IMG/VR virus record: IMGVR_UViG_3300028832_000131 | Span: 1-64,000 of that record | From: a virus | Taxonomy: Duplodnaviria; Caudoviricetes | DNA length: 64,000 bases | Direction: 5' to 3' (one strand) | Part shown: piece after piece, positions 9,462 through 18,620 of the stretch | Numbering within the stretch: position 1 is the stretch's first letter | Layout: every line of letters begins with the position of its first letter | Notes under the pieces: model-generated | What the model was told of the DNA's origin: nothing | Databases searched by the model: none | Seen by the model: only the letters and a program-made list of their open reading frames with translations | Position numbers and translations under genes: made by a program

Positions 9462-9668
9462 ATGGGATACGAAGATAAAGTGTGTGATTTTAAAAAATAT
9501 GCTATGCAAACCGTAGATTTAATGGTGGATGCTTACAAATGGAAAGTAATGGCTAACGAATGTGATGATGAGAAATTAGTTGCTAAATACATGATGGTGA
9601 GCGACACATTATTAGATTTATTTATGGAGGAGCATAATGCTATAGGTGAAATGTTTAAGAGTGAGTAA
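9462..9668 (+). CDS. Hypothetical helical protein (replaced by a 146 aa gene in B)
   Basis: Strong SD, followed by hairpin AGAGTGAG-TAA-TCACTCT and T tract. Confidence 0.7.
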   Translation: MGYEDKVCDFKKYAMQTVDLMVDAYKWKVMANECDDEKLVAKYMMVSDTLLDLFMEEHNAIGEMFKSE

Positions 9669-9680
9669 TCACTCTTTTTC

Positions 9681-9709
9681 TTGACAATTAAACTGGAAAA
9701 TAGTATAAT
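9681..9709 (+). promoter_or_regulatory. Consensus sigma-A promoter
   Basis: TTGACA-17-TATAAT; equivalent TTGACA-17-TATATT at ~57160 in B. Confidence 0.8.
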
Positions 9710-9741
9710 TTTTCATTTCGAAGAGGGGAGGTTAGAGTAGA

Positions 9742-9987
9742 GTGGGGTGTATTATAACGTACCAAAAAGAAAATGGTGAAATACTTTTGAGGCCTAGAAT
9801 TAGTAAATATGACTTATATATTGGTAAAGAAACTTCTATGGGTTGGAAAGTTTTAGATATTCATTATGAGTACAACGGAAATTATTATCACGAAGAAGAT
9901 TATTTTCGAGTTTTAAAAAAAGACAATAACACATATAAACAAAGGATTATTAAGTATATAATTCGAACCGTTAATAGTTGGTTATAA
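9742..9987 (+). CDS. Hypothetical protein with its own promoter
   Basis: Homolog at 57189-57473. Confidence 0.65.
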   Translation: MGCIITYQKENGEILLRPRISKYDLYIGKETSMGWKVLDIHYEYNGNYYHEEDYFRVLKKDNNTYKQRIIKYIIRTVNSWL

Positions 9988-10288
9988 AAAAATGGTGCTT
10001 TAAATCAATTTTAAAGCACGTTTTATATCTTTTGACTAAATATACTATCTTATTTGAAACATTAATTGTGATGAGAATATGGCACTAAAACAAGCATATT
10101 ATGAGTTGAACTATAGTTTGATAGACACTTTAAATGTAAAATAAAAAACTTTTTTACAAAAATGTTTAAAATATATTGACTAACGATTTAAAACGTGATA
10201 TGTTTATTTCGTAGATTAGACGAGGATTCCTCGGCTTATATTTTTAAATTAGGTAGTTCCCATAATATATAGTATGAATATTATTAAC

Positions 10289-10316
10289 ACTTAACATAAT
10301 ATAATTTAGACCTAAA
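10289..10316. other. dif/Xer-like recombination site
   Basis: ACTTAACATAA-TATAAT-TTAGACCTAAA in 11-6-11 format; XerD-like arm identical to the one at 57621. Confidence 0.55.
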
Positions 10317-10320
10317 TTAA

Positions 10321-10354
10321 AAACTGAGTCGAAATCCGATTCAGTTTTTTTGTT
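10321..10354 (+). terminator. Intrinsic terminator upstream of the Cro-like gene
   Basis: AAACTGAGTCG-AAATC-CGATTCAGTTT plus T tract. Confidence 0.65.
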
Positions 10355-10376
10355 TAATTTATAGAAAGGAGTAAAC

Positions 10377-10586
10377 GTGGCAAAACAATTAAGAGAACTT
10401 AAATATCCAAACTTATTAGCAGAAATGAGAAGACATGGTGAAACACAAGATGATTTAGGTGAATTACTTGGATTATGTAGAACCACAATTAATTTCAAAT
10501 TATCTGGTAAATATGATTGGACGATAGGTGAAATTGAAATAATCTGCAATCATTACGAAAAAGATTATTATGAATTATTCAAATAA
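10377..10586 (+). CDS. XRE/Cro-like HTH protein
   Basis: TQDDLGELLGLCRTTINFKLSG helix-turn-helix; homolog at 57707. Confidence 0.8.
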   Translation: MAKQLRELKYPNLLAEMRRHGETQDDLGELLGLCRTTINFKLSGKYDWTIGEIEIICNHYEKDYYELFK

Positions 10587-10702
10587 AAAAAGAACTCTAG
10601 GCGACCTGAGTTCTATAAAGACATTGCGTGAGCAGTATTAACTGGTCACACAATAAAATCTTAACATAGAATCTCTAGGAAGTCAATAAGGAAAGGAGAG
10701 AT

Positions 10703-11407
10703 ATGGATAAAGGCTTTATATTCCTACATAGAAAGTTTCTAAAATGGGAATGGTATAGCAATGTTAATGACCGTTTAGTATTTATACATTGTTTGTTAAG
10801 TGCTAATTGGGAAGATGGGTGGTTTGAAGGTAAAAAGATACCTCGTGGTAGTTTTGCTACGAGTTATAAAAATCTCGCTAAAGAGATAGGTATTTCGGTG
10901 CAATCTCTACGAACTTCGTTAGAACACCTAAAATCAACAAACAATATAACACACGAAACTAATAGACAATTCTCAATAATAACAATAAATAATTACAACA
11001 AATACCAGTTAGATAACACACAAGTTAACAAACGATTAACAAACGACCAACAAACGACTAACAACAATATAATAAATAATAATAAATTAATAAATAAAGA
11101 AAGTATATCTAAAGATATACCAAAGAAAGTTTTTAGTAAGCCAACTCTCCAAGAAATTAGTGATTATTGTTTAGAGAGAAACAATGGTATAAATCCTAAT
11201 AAGTTTTATGATTTTTACGAAAGTAAGAACTGGATGATAGGTAAAAACAAAATGAAAGATTGGAAGGCTTGTGTTAGAACTTGGGAGCAACACGAAAGTA
11301 AACAAGATAATTCTAAACTACCTGATTGGTGGGATAAAGATTTTAAGGAAAGGGAAAGAACTGATGAGGATGAACGAGAATTACAAGAACTTATTAGAGG
11401 TTATTAA
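10703..11407 (+). CDS. Replication initiator
   Basis: N-terminal winged-helix (RGSFATSYKNLA), internal iterons, KPTLQEISDYC C-terminal domain. Confidence 0.8.
   Translation: MDKGFIFLHRKFLKWEWYSNVNDRLVFIHCLLSANWEDGWFEGKKIPRGSFATSYKNLAKEIGISVQSLRTSLEHLKSTNNITHETNRQFSIITINNYNKYQLDNTQVNKRLTNDQQTTNNNIINNNKLINKESISKDIPKKVFSKPTLQEISDYCLERNNGINPNKFYDFYESKNWMIGKNKMKDWKACVRTWEQHESKQDNSKLPDWWDKDFKERERTDEDERELQELIRGY
11027..11130 (+). repeat. Putative origin: 3 iterons AACAAACGA at 11-bp spacing, AT-rich tract, palindrome GTATATCT-AA-AGATATAC
   Basis: Copies at 11027, 11038, 11049; palindrome at 11103-11120. Confidence 0.65.
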
Positions 11408-11609
11408 ACAAAGAAAACCTTTAGTAATGGATTTGGGTGATGAAGTTTTACTCCACATGAAATGGGATGAAGAAAGAGTAACACCTGACGGAGTTAAAGG
11501 TTGTTATGTTGATGAAATGGGAATGACTTCAATGAAATTAATACAAGATATTTTACAAGAGAAAGTTTATATTGGTGAACGAAAAGTAACGATAAGAGAG
11601 GATAAATAA
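11271..11609 (+). CDS. Hypothetical protein (true start probably ~11360)
   Basis: ORF overlapping the end of the initiator gene. Confidence 0.5.
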   Translation: MLELGSNTKVNKIILNYLIGGIKILRKGKELMRMNENYKNLLEVIKQRKPLVMDLGDEVLLHMKWDEERVTPDGVKGCYVDEMGMTSMKLIQDILQEKVYIGERKVTIREDK

Positions 11610-12292
11610 TGGAAGATAAGGAAGAAGTAAAGTTGAACTTAAAAGAAAAATTAAATGAAATAAAAAAAGAAGTAAGTATTTTACAAAAGAATAGTGAAGG
11701 TCATGGATATACCTTTGTTGATGAGGAAAGTATTCTACTTAAAGTAAATACTAAAATGGACGAGTTAAGAGTTAGATTGATACCTAATTTTGTACCTCAA
11801 ACAACCAATGTGTTTCCTGTCACTTATGAAAACGCTAAAGGTCAAAACAAGACTGACATAGTAGTACATAGTGAAATGACATTTACTTGGGAAGATTTAG
11901 ATAGTAACGAGAAAGAAGTAAATTACTGGTATATGGTAGGACAACAAGCGGACGGTAGTCAGGCTATGGGAAGTGGACTTACATATACAAATAGATATTT
12001 TCTACTTAAATATTTCAATAGTGCTACTACAAAGGATGACCCTGATGCTATTAGAAGTGCTATGGAAAAAGAAGAGGAGCAAAAGAAATTAAGTGCTACT
12101 CAAACTAAAGTTAAAAAGATATTTGATAAGATGCTTAAAAAATATCAAACACAAGAAAAGATTTATGAAATACTAGGGACTAATAAAGACGACTTCGTAA
12201 AAAATTATAGTGATAATGAGAAATGTAAAACATTACTAGAGCAAATGGAATTAATCGAAAAAGAAAGCGAGAAGAAAAAGAAAGATGCTTAG
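11609..12292 (+). CDS. erf: ERF-family single-strand annealing protein
   Basis: KNSEGHGYTFVD and QAMGSGLTYTNRYFL motifs. Confidence 0.8.
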   Translation: MEDKEEVKLNLKEKLNEIKKEVSILQKNSEGHGYTFVDEESILLKVNTKMDELRVRLIPNFVPQTTNVFPVTYENAKGQNKTDIVVHSEMTFTWEDLDSNEKEVNYWYMVGQQADGSQAMGSGLTYTNRYFLLKYFNSATTKDDPDAIRSAMEKEEEQKKLSATQTKVKKIFDKMLKKYQTQEKIYEILGTNKDDFVKNYSDNEKCKTLLEQMELIEKESEKKKKDA

Positions 12293-12947
12293 TATTGAAG
12301 AAAGAGAAGAAAGAAGAAAGCAAATAGGAGCATCTGAAGTATATAAGTTATTTAATTTTGATAGCCAAGATGCACAGGATTTGTGGGAATTAAAGATTGG
12401 CTTACAAGATTATCAAGAGATAGACAATGATGCAATTATGGCGGGAAACATTTTAGAAGAGGAGTGTTTGAAATATTACGAAAGAACAAATAATTTAAAA
12501 CTTGTTTATAATGCTCGTATTCCTTCTAAAGAAATAATTGGTTTGGTAGCAAGCACGGATGCTTATGAGCCTGACTTTGGTATTCCTGTTGAAAATAAAG
12601 TTATAAACGAGAAGACTTGGTTATCATGGATTGCTAAGAGAAGTGGTAATGCGGAGTATGAAGGAATTAAATTAATCATTCCTAAATCATATTACTATCA
12701 ATTACAAACTCAAATATATGTAATGGATGCGGATGAAGGTGTATTTAATATAAACACACTAACCGATGAGGAACAAGAAAATCCAATTATGGTAACAATT
12801 ACTGATTTACATAATAAACAAATCCGAATTAAAAGAGACGATGAGGCTATTAACGAAATTAAGAAAAGAGTCAAATATATGCTCCATTGTATGAAATATA
12901 AGATTAGACCTAGTGAATTAGATTATTTAGAGAAAGAGGTGTTCTAG
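12285..12947 (+). CDS. YqaJ-like recombination exonuclease
   Basis: IGASE, GNILE, ASTD, ENK, YYQLQTQ motifs. Confidence 0.8.
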   Translation: MLSIEEREERRKQIGASEVYKLFNFDSQDAQDLWELKIGLQDYQEIDNDAIMAGNILEEECLKYYERTNNLKLVYNARIPSKEIIGLVASTDAYEPDFGIPVENKVINEKTWLSWIAKRSGNAEYEGIKLIIPKSYYYQLQTQIYVMDADEGVFNINTLTDEEQENPIMVTITDLHNKQIRIKRDDEAINEIKKRVKYMLHCMKYKIRPSELDYLEKEVF

Positions 12948-12949
12948 TT

Positions 12950-13180
12950 ATGCAAATATTTTATGACAACTTTGATAATGTGTTCATAATGAAAGAAGAT
13001 ATAAACAAATGGTTGGGAGAACATTTTTCTAAAGACCGCATTTCAATAAATGATTTATTAGCAACTATAGAAGATTTAGATAGCGAAGTAGAATGTTTAA
13101 AAGAAAAAATCAATTTATTAGAAAACAAAGATAATGAAATTGATGATGACTACATTGAAAGGATAAGGTTAGGTATATGA
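12950..13180 (+). CDS. Hypothetical coiled-coil protein
   Basis: ORF in operon context. Confidence 0.6.
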   Translation: MQIFYDNFDNVFIMKEDINKWLGEHFSKDRISINDLLATIEDLDSEVECLKEKINLLENKDNEIDDDYIERIRLGI

Positions 13181-13392
13181 AATTGGATGACTTTAGACTA
13201 CCTACTACTTATTCGATTGTAGAGTGTAAATGTGGGGAGGTTTTGCATTTTCACCATAATTTCCCAGCAATATGTAATAGATGCGGTCATAAAGTTTATC
13301 CAACGGAATTATGGAGATTTAGAGATTTAATGAAGAAAACTTTGATTGAAAGGAAGAGAGAAGAAAATGAACAAAGTGTTTTTAAGAGGTAA
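13177..13392 (+). CDS. Small zinc-finger protein
   Basis: CKCG...CNRCG; homolog at ~60850-61057. Confidence 0.65.
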   Translation: MKLDDFRLPTTYSIVECKCGEVLHFHHNFPAICNRCGHKVYPTELWRFRDLMKKTLIERKREENEQSVFKR

Positions 13393-13804
13393 TTTAACTC
13401 GAGACGTAGAAACAAAACAATCTAGCAACGGAAATTGGATGGCTCGTTTTGGAATAGCCGTTCGTAGAGATTTCAAAAATGCTGACGGGGAGTATGATTC
13501 TGATTTTATTAACTGTCTTGCTTATAACAAAATCGCCGAAATGTTAGGCAAATACTTTCACAAAGGTAGTGGAATTATTGTTATTGGGCATATTCAAACA
13601 GGTAGTTATGATGATAGAGACGGAAAGAAGGTTTATACTACTGACGTTATTGTAGAAACAGTAGAGTTTGATAGAAGTAATTCTACCAAAGAAGAAAAAG
13701 AGGAAAAACCAAAGGTTGAGGAAAAACCTAAACAAAAACTAAGTAATGACCCATTCGCTGATTTTGGAAGACAAATGTCAGTTGATGATGATTTACCATT
13801 TTAG
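13367..13804 (+). CDS. ssb: Single-stranded DNA-binding protein
   Basis: NKVFLRGNLTRD OB fold and acidic DDDLPF tail. Confidence 0.9.
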   Translation: MNKVFLRGNLTRDVETKQSSNGNWMARFGIAVRRDFKNADGEYDSDFINCLAYNKIAEMLGKYFHKGSGIIVIGHIQTGSYDDRDGKKVYTTDVIVETVEFDRSNSTKEEKEEKPKVEEKPKQKLSNDPFADFGRQMSVDDDLPF

Positions 13805-13812
13805 GAGGAATT

Positions 13813-14292
13813 ATGGACATAAAGAAAAGTTTAAAAATTAATTATAAGTTAGGTAGTAATTATTTACTATTTCCAACTCATGATGGTTGGGTGTTAATGA
13901 GAAGTGGTTCTTATAGACCTATAATGAATAGTAATGACAACACTGATGAACAATTAGATAAGTTTGTAAAGGAACATAGAGAATATAATGCTCTAACAAT
14001 ATTAACTAGATATACAATTATTGCTAATTTAATTATCTTGGGTTTGTGTGTTTTAAATCTATTTAAACACTCAACAACATTATCTTATTTTTGTTGGGGA
14101 GCATTAATGGTTTTACTACCAATGTTAATTTTAATTAATTACATGATAGTAGAAAACAAAAAAGTTTATCACAAAGTGTTAAATGAAGACCAAATATATT
14201 ATGCAAAATTATTAGCGGAAACAAATAAAAAAGAAAGGAAAAGCACTAGGTTAAAAAAGGGAGAAAAGAGGTCTAGTGAAGTACAAAAGTAA
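13813..14292 (+). CDS. Two-TM membrane protein
   Basis: Two hydrophobic segments. Confidence 0.6.
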   Translation: MDIKKSLKINYKLGSNYLLFPTHDGWVLMRSGSYRPIMNSNDNTDEQLDKFVKEHREYNALTILTRYTIIANLIILGLCVLNLFKHSTTLSYFCWGALMVLLPMLILINYMIVENKKVYHKVLNEDQIYYAKLLAETNKKERKSTRLKKGEKRSSEVQK

Positions 14293-14602
14293 GCACGTTT
14301 TAATAGACGGTCATGACTTTCCAAGTAAAATGGAAGGTAATCGTTATCTAAAACTTAAAGAGATGCTAAAACAAGAAAAAATATCCAACTTAGAATTGCA
14401 ACCTGCATTTATATTACAAGAAGGATTTACAAGAGACGGAAAGAAATATCGCCCTATTACGTATGTAGCGGATTTTAGATACAAAATAGGGGACAAAGTA
14501 ATAGTGGAAGACGTTAAAGGCTTTAAGACTAAAGAATATCAAATAAAAAAGAAACTATTGCTTTACAAGTATGAGGGTTTTGAGTTTAAAGAAACGAGAT
14601 AA
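14276..14602 (+). CDS. DUF1064-like PD-(D/E)XK endonuclease (resolvase candidate)
   Basis: FPSKMEG, YVADF, VEDVKG motifs. Confidence 0.75.
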   Translation: MKYKSKHVLIDGHDFPSKMEGNRYLKLKEMLKQEKISNLELQPAFILQEGFTRDGKKYRPITYVADFRYKIGDKVIVEDVKGFKTKEYQIKKKLLLYKYEGFEFKETR

Positions 14603-14612
14603 GGAGTGAATT

Positions 14613-14915
14613 ATGAAGGAAAGAAATTATGGTGAAATAACTACTTTTGAAACTAGAAAAGAGAGTTATGACCAAGTTGATAAGCAAAAAAGATATGCTC
14701 AAATTAAAGAGATATTATCTGAGTGGGGAGAATTAACCGCCAAACAAATTGCTGTCATCATGTTTAAAAAAGGTTATATTCCTACTTCCGAGAGAAACTA
14801 CTCAAGTCCTCGTTTGACTGAACTATGTATCTCTGGTGAAGTAGAGGTTGTTGGAAAAACTAAATGTGAGTTTAGTGGAAAGACAGTAAGTGTCTTCAAA
14901 TTAAGAGAGGAATAG
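14613..14915 (+). CDS. Winged-helix DNA-binding protein
   Basis: LTAKQIA...SERNYSSPRLTEL; homolog at 61487. Confidence 0.65.
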   Translation: MKERNYGEITTFETRKESYDQVDKQKRYAQIKEILSEWGELTAKQIAVIMFKKGYIPTSERNYSSPRLTELCISGEVEVVGKTKCEFSGKTVSVFKLREE

Positions 14916-14917
14916 TT

Positions 14918-15223
14918 ATGAAAGAGGAGTTTAGAAAAATGTGGGGCGGATTCGTTGAGTGGTATAAATACATGAGAAATTATAAAACCAACAAGAATTA
15001 CGATGCAATTAAAGAGCAAGAATGTGTGGCTAAAGATAACGAAATTGAACGTCTAAAGAAAGTACTTGACGAACGTACAGTTATTGGAAAAGAAAAGGAT
15101 AATTTAATTAAAATATTGTTAGATAGGTTAGATTCAAAGAATCAACAATTAAGTGATGCAAAGAAAGAATTACAAAGCAAGGGGGTAAAGAAAAAATCAA
15201 GAAAGTCGAATACAAATGTGTAA
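14918..15223 (+). CDS. Coiled-coil hypothetical protein
   Basis: ORF with SD. Confidence 0.6.
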   Translation: MKEEFRKMWGGFVEWYKYMRNYKTNKNYDAIKEQECVAKDNEIERLKKVLDERTVIGKEKDNLIKILLDRLDSKNQQLSDAKKELQSKGVKKKSRKSNTNV

Positions 15224-15401
15224 TATGCCATAAGCAACTAGAAAACAAAGATACCATAAGATTGGCTAAACAACTTTATGGTATCTCCTATGTTGGTGGG
15301 CATCAAACAGTTAGAAAGTATGATTTTTGCAAAGATTGTTATAGACACTTTGCAGCGTGGATTAAAAAACATAATTCACAATAAAGGGAAAAGGAGCGAA
15401 A

Positions 15402-16427
15402 ATGAGTAATATTTATGTAAAACAAATGCAACAATTAGGATTAAATCCTAAACAGTATGCGGAATTAATTGATATACCTTACGAGGTAGTTAAAAACTTC
15501 ATTTATGGAAAAGAGGGTGAGTATGAAATGGGGTTAGGAGATTTATTAAGAAAAAATATGTTTAGTAAGCATCAAGAGGTAGAAAGAAATATTGAAAATG
15601 CAAAGATAAAAGCGGCTGAGATTAAATATCAAAGTCGAGAAAATCCAAGAGATTGGTATGAAAATGTATATACCCCTGAACTATTATTAAATACACTAAA
15701 ATTAAAAACAAGGGTAGAGTTTGAAAGAAATTATGACATTATACTTGAAGGAGAAAGAGCATCTAAGTGGTTTTATAATTGCTTAACTGGTAAAACTAAT
15801 TATGATAATCACGAAATTAATTATGAAAAGCAAGCACAATTTATTGAACAATTATATGATATTTTAGTTAATGGAAATGTAGAAAAATATAAAAGAGAAA
15901 CACCTATAGAAACAAAGATATTTCCAACTGAAAGAAGGCCAATTAAAAATGGTAATTATAAAAACAAATATTTTAAATGGTTTGCTGATTTCAACCTTAA
16001 ACAATACATGAAAGAAAACGGACTTCGAAATGAAGATTTATGTAAGAAATTAGGTGTAGGAGTAACAACTGTAAGTCATTTAATAAATAAGAGACATTAT
16101 ACTAAGAGAACATTACAAAAATTATATAACTTTGTAAATGCTAATATTAAAGAGACAAAGCCAACAGTTATTAAAAATACTGAAGAGTTTACAATTCCTA
16201 TAGAACCAAAAGAAGACGATATAAATGTAATTACTATACCAAGTGATAAGGTTATAAGAGGTAGCATTGAATATTTTACGGAGAAAAAAGAACCTGAAAC
16301 AATGTTTACTAAACATGAAAATAATATTGAAAATACCAATAATGATTTATTAAAGAAAATCTTAAAAAATCGTTTAACTGAAGAAGAAAAAGAACTAATT
16401 AAAATATTTGGTGGAGTTATAGATTAA
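15402..16427 (+). CDS. Multi-HTH DNA-binding protein
   Basis: N-terminal and internal XRE-like HTH segments (LCKKLGVGVTTVSHL). Confidence 0.55.
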   Translation: MSNIYVKQMQQLGLNPKQYAELIDIPYEVVKNFIYGKEGEYEMGLGDLLRKNMFSKHQEVERNIENAKIKAAEIKYQSRENPRDWYENVYTPELLLNTLKLKTRVEFERNYDIILEGERASKWFYNCLTGKTNYDNHEINYEKQAQFIEQLYDILVNGNVEKYKRETPIETKIFPTERRPIKNGNYKNKYFKWFADFNLKQYMKENGLRNEDLCKKLGVGVTTVSHLINKRHYTKRTLQKLYNFVNANIKETKPTVIKNTEEFTIPIEPKEDDINVITIPSDKVIRGSIEYFTEKKEPETMFTKHENNIENTNNDLLKKILKNRLTEEEKELIKIFGGVID

Positions 16428-16453
16428 AGAAATTAAATCAAAATTAAAGGAGA

Positions 16454-16945
16454 GTGATTAAAATGTTTCCAAATAGAAATTGTGAAGGTAAATTATATTT
16501 AACTACAACTACTGGTGGACTAAGTTATGGAAAAGATATGTATCAAAAAATAGAAAGTATTGAGGGAGATAGTGACGGTAATATAACTATAAAGGGAATA
16601 ACATATTTACCAACAACATATCCAATTCCAGCGGTTTGGAAAGAGTGGAAATCCCCATTTGACGTAGACCCAGAATTAATAACATTTGATTTACCAAAAA
16701 AATATATAATCAATGATAAGGTTTGTGTATTGGTGTGGGAAGATGGTAAAATAACCAAAATAAAAAAGAGTCCTGACGATGATTATGACCCTGTTAAAGC
16801 ATTTTTATGGGCTTGGTTTCAACACACTTGTAGTTTACCTAAATGGAAAGCCAACAAATATCTTGCTGAAGTAGAAGAGAATTGTATAAATAACATAACT
16901 AAAAAGAAACCTAAAAAGAAGAAAACAGTAATAGAGGAAATATGA
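16454..16945 (+). CDS. Hypothetical protein
   Basis: ORF with SD; DDDYDPVKAFLWA motif. Confidence 0.65.
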   Translation: MIKMFPNRNCEGKLYLTTTTGGLSYGKDMYQKIESIEGDSDGNITIKGITYLPTTYPIPAVWKEWKSPFDVDPELITFDLPKKYIINDKVCVLVWEDGKITKIKKSPDDDYDPVKAFLWAWFQHTCSLPKWKANKYLAEVEENCINNITKKKPKKKKTVIEEI

Positions 16946-17358
16946 AAGTTGGAGATTATATAAGAAACAAATATGGTTTTGCCAAGTTTGTTAAAATTGA
17001 GCAAAACACATTGGGTGATGACCTATATGTTTTTGATAATAATATATGTTGGTTTACTGATAATGAAGGTAATGAAAGAAAAGATATGCCTTTAACAAAC
17101 AGAATATTTGTTACACCACAAATTGAATTAGATAAAGTTAGACAAAGTTCTAATATAGAAGATTTAATTGATGCTTTAGATTTGTTATTTATTGATATAA
17201 GTCCTGATGATTATGGTGGAATAGTAGTTCCTAGAATTGCTGAAACTGAACGAGAATTAGAAATATGGAAAAAAAAGTTTAAAAGTGGAGAATATATTCT
17301 AAAAGGAGTAGTTCCAAAAGAGGTAATAGCAACATATACATATTGGATAGGTGATTAA
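16942..17358 (+). CDS. Hypothetical protein
   Basis: MKVGDYIR start typical of phage accessory genes. Confidence 0.65.
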   Translation: MKVGDYIRNKYGFAKFVKIEQNTLGDDLYVFDNNICWFTDNEGNERKDMPLTNRIFVTPQIELDKVRQSSNIEDLIDALDLLFIDISPDDYGGIVVPRIAETERELEIWKKKFKSGEYILKGVVPKEVIATYTYWIGD

Positions 17359-17958
17359 ATGAGGGAATATACCATATATCTTCATCGTTTGAAAAGAGAT
17401 AATAGAGTATATATAGGTATAACAAAGCAAGAACTTACTAAAAGATGGCAAAATGGTTTAGGTTATATTCGTTCAAGTTATTTCTATAATGCGATTAAAA
17501 AATATGGTTGGAAATCTTTTGAACATATCGTTTTGTTTAAAAATCTTACTAGAGAGGAAGCACAAGAAAAAGAAAAAGAACTAATAAAAATATTTAGTTC
17601 TAATTTAAAAGAATATGGCTTTAATATTAGCGAAGGTGGCTTTGCACCAATAATAACAGAGGAGCAAAAAATAAAAATAAGCAACAGTGAAAAAGGTAAG
17701 AAAATTAGTAGAAAAACTATTGAGAAAGCCAACGCAACAAAAAGAAAAAGATATTTAGAACATGGCTTAACTGATAAACAAAAAGAACATTATAAGAATA
17801 TGATAAAACCAATAGTATGTATTGAAACCAATAAAGTATATTATGGACACAAAGAATTAAAAAAAGATAATTTTATTCCTAATAGTGTTTATTTGGTTTG
17901 TAGAGGAATTAGAAAAACTGCTAGTGGTTATCATTGGAAGTATTATGTAAAGGAGTGA
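17359..17958 (+). CDS. GIY-YIG homing-endonuclease-like protein with NUMOD-type C-terminus
   Basis: IYLH...VYIGIT, YGFN and ASGYHWKY motifs. Confidence 0.8.
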   Translation: MREYTIYLHRLKRDNRVYIGITKQELTKRWQNGLGYIRSSYFYNAIKKYGWKSFEHIVLFKNLTREEAQEKEKELIKIFSSNLKEYGFNISEGGFAPIITEEQKIKISNSEKGKKISRKTIEKANATKRKRYLEHGLTDKQKEHYKNMIKPIVCIETNKVYYGHKELKKDNFIPNSVYLVCRGIRKTASGYHWKYYVKE

Positions 17959-18620
17959 TAATTATTATTTACGTTATTATGGCAGGTGGTCAATATCAAG
18001 ACTTTGAAACACCAAAACAATTAACTGTAATTAATGGTGAGTGTTTAGTAGATAGAACAATTCGTTTGTTAAGGGAAAACGGAATAAAAGACATATACAT
18101 TACTAGCAACGATAAAAGGTTTGATTATAGCGATGCCCCTAGGCTAAAACATTACAATTCATACAAAGTGGAGGACGGTATTCAATATGGATATTGGTTG
18201 GATGCCTTTTTTCCACTATTTAAGCCTACCGAGAAAGTGTGTTTCATGTTTGGAGACGTATATTATACTGAAGAGGCAATTCGCACGATAGTGGACTTAG
18301 AATGTACTAAAAACACCTTATTTGGTACAAGTGATGCTAAAAACGAGAATCACGAGAATTGGGGAGAACCATTTGCTTATAAAGTGGTCGATTATAAGGC
18401 TTTTATGGAAGGTATAGAGGCGGTAAAGAAAATGCAAGACGATGGATTAACTAAACGTATGCCTATTGTATGGGAACTGTATCGTTATTTAAACGGCTTA
18501 GACATTAATGTTCAACAGGTTTTGGATGAAACTTATGTATGTGTTGATGACGGAACTATGGACGTTGATACCTTAGATAAGGTAGAAATGGTTCGAAAGA
18601 GGTTCGAAGATAATGAGTGA
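17934..18620 (+). CDS. Nucleotidyltransferase-like protein (GT-A/NTP transferase; true start ~17955)
   Basis: VIMAGG...PKQL...GECLVDRTIRLL, MFGDVYY motifs. Confidence 0.7.
   Translation: MEVLCKGVIIIIYVIMAGGQYQDFETPKQLTVINGECLVDRTIRLLRENGIKDIYITSNDKRFDYSDAPRLKHYNSYKVEDGIQYGYWLDAFFPLFKPTEKVCFMFGDVYYTEEAIRTIVDLECTKNTLFGTSDAKNENHENWGEPFAYKVVDYKAFMEGIEAVKKMQDDGLTKRMPIVWELYRYLNGLDINVQQVLDETYVCVDDGTMDVDTLDKVEMVRKRFEDNE

Noticed and set aside
15190-15384. Small CxxC...CxxC ORF (KVEYKCVICH...FCKDCY) between 15223 and 15402
   Set aside because: The reading frame looks protein-like, but no clear start codon or SD was found, so it is not listed as a feature
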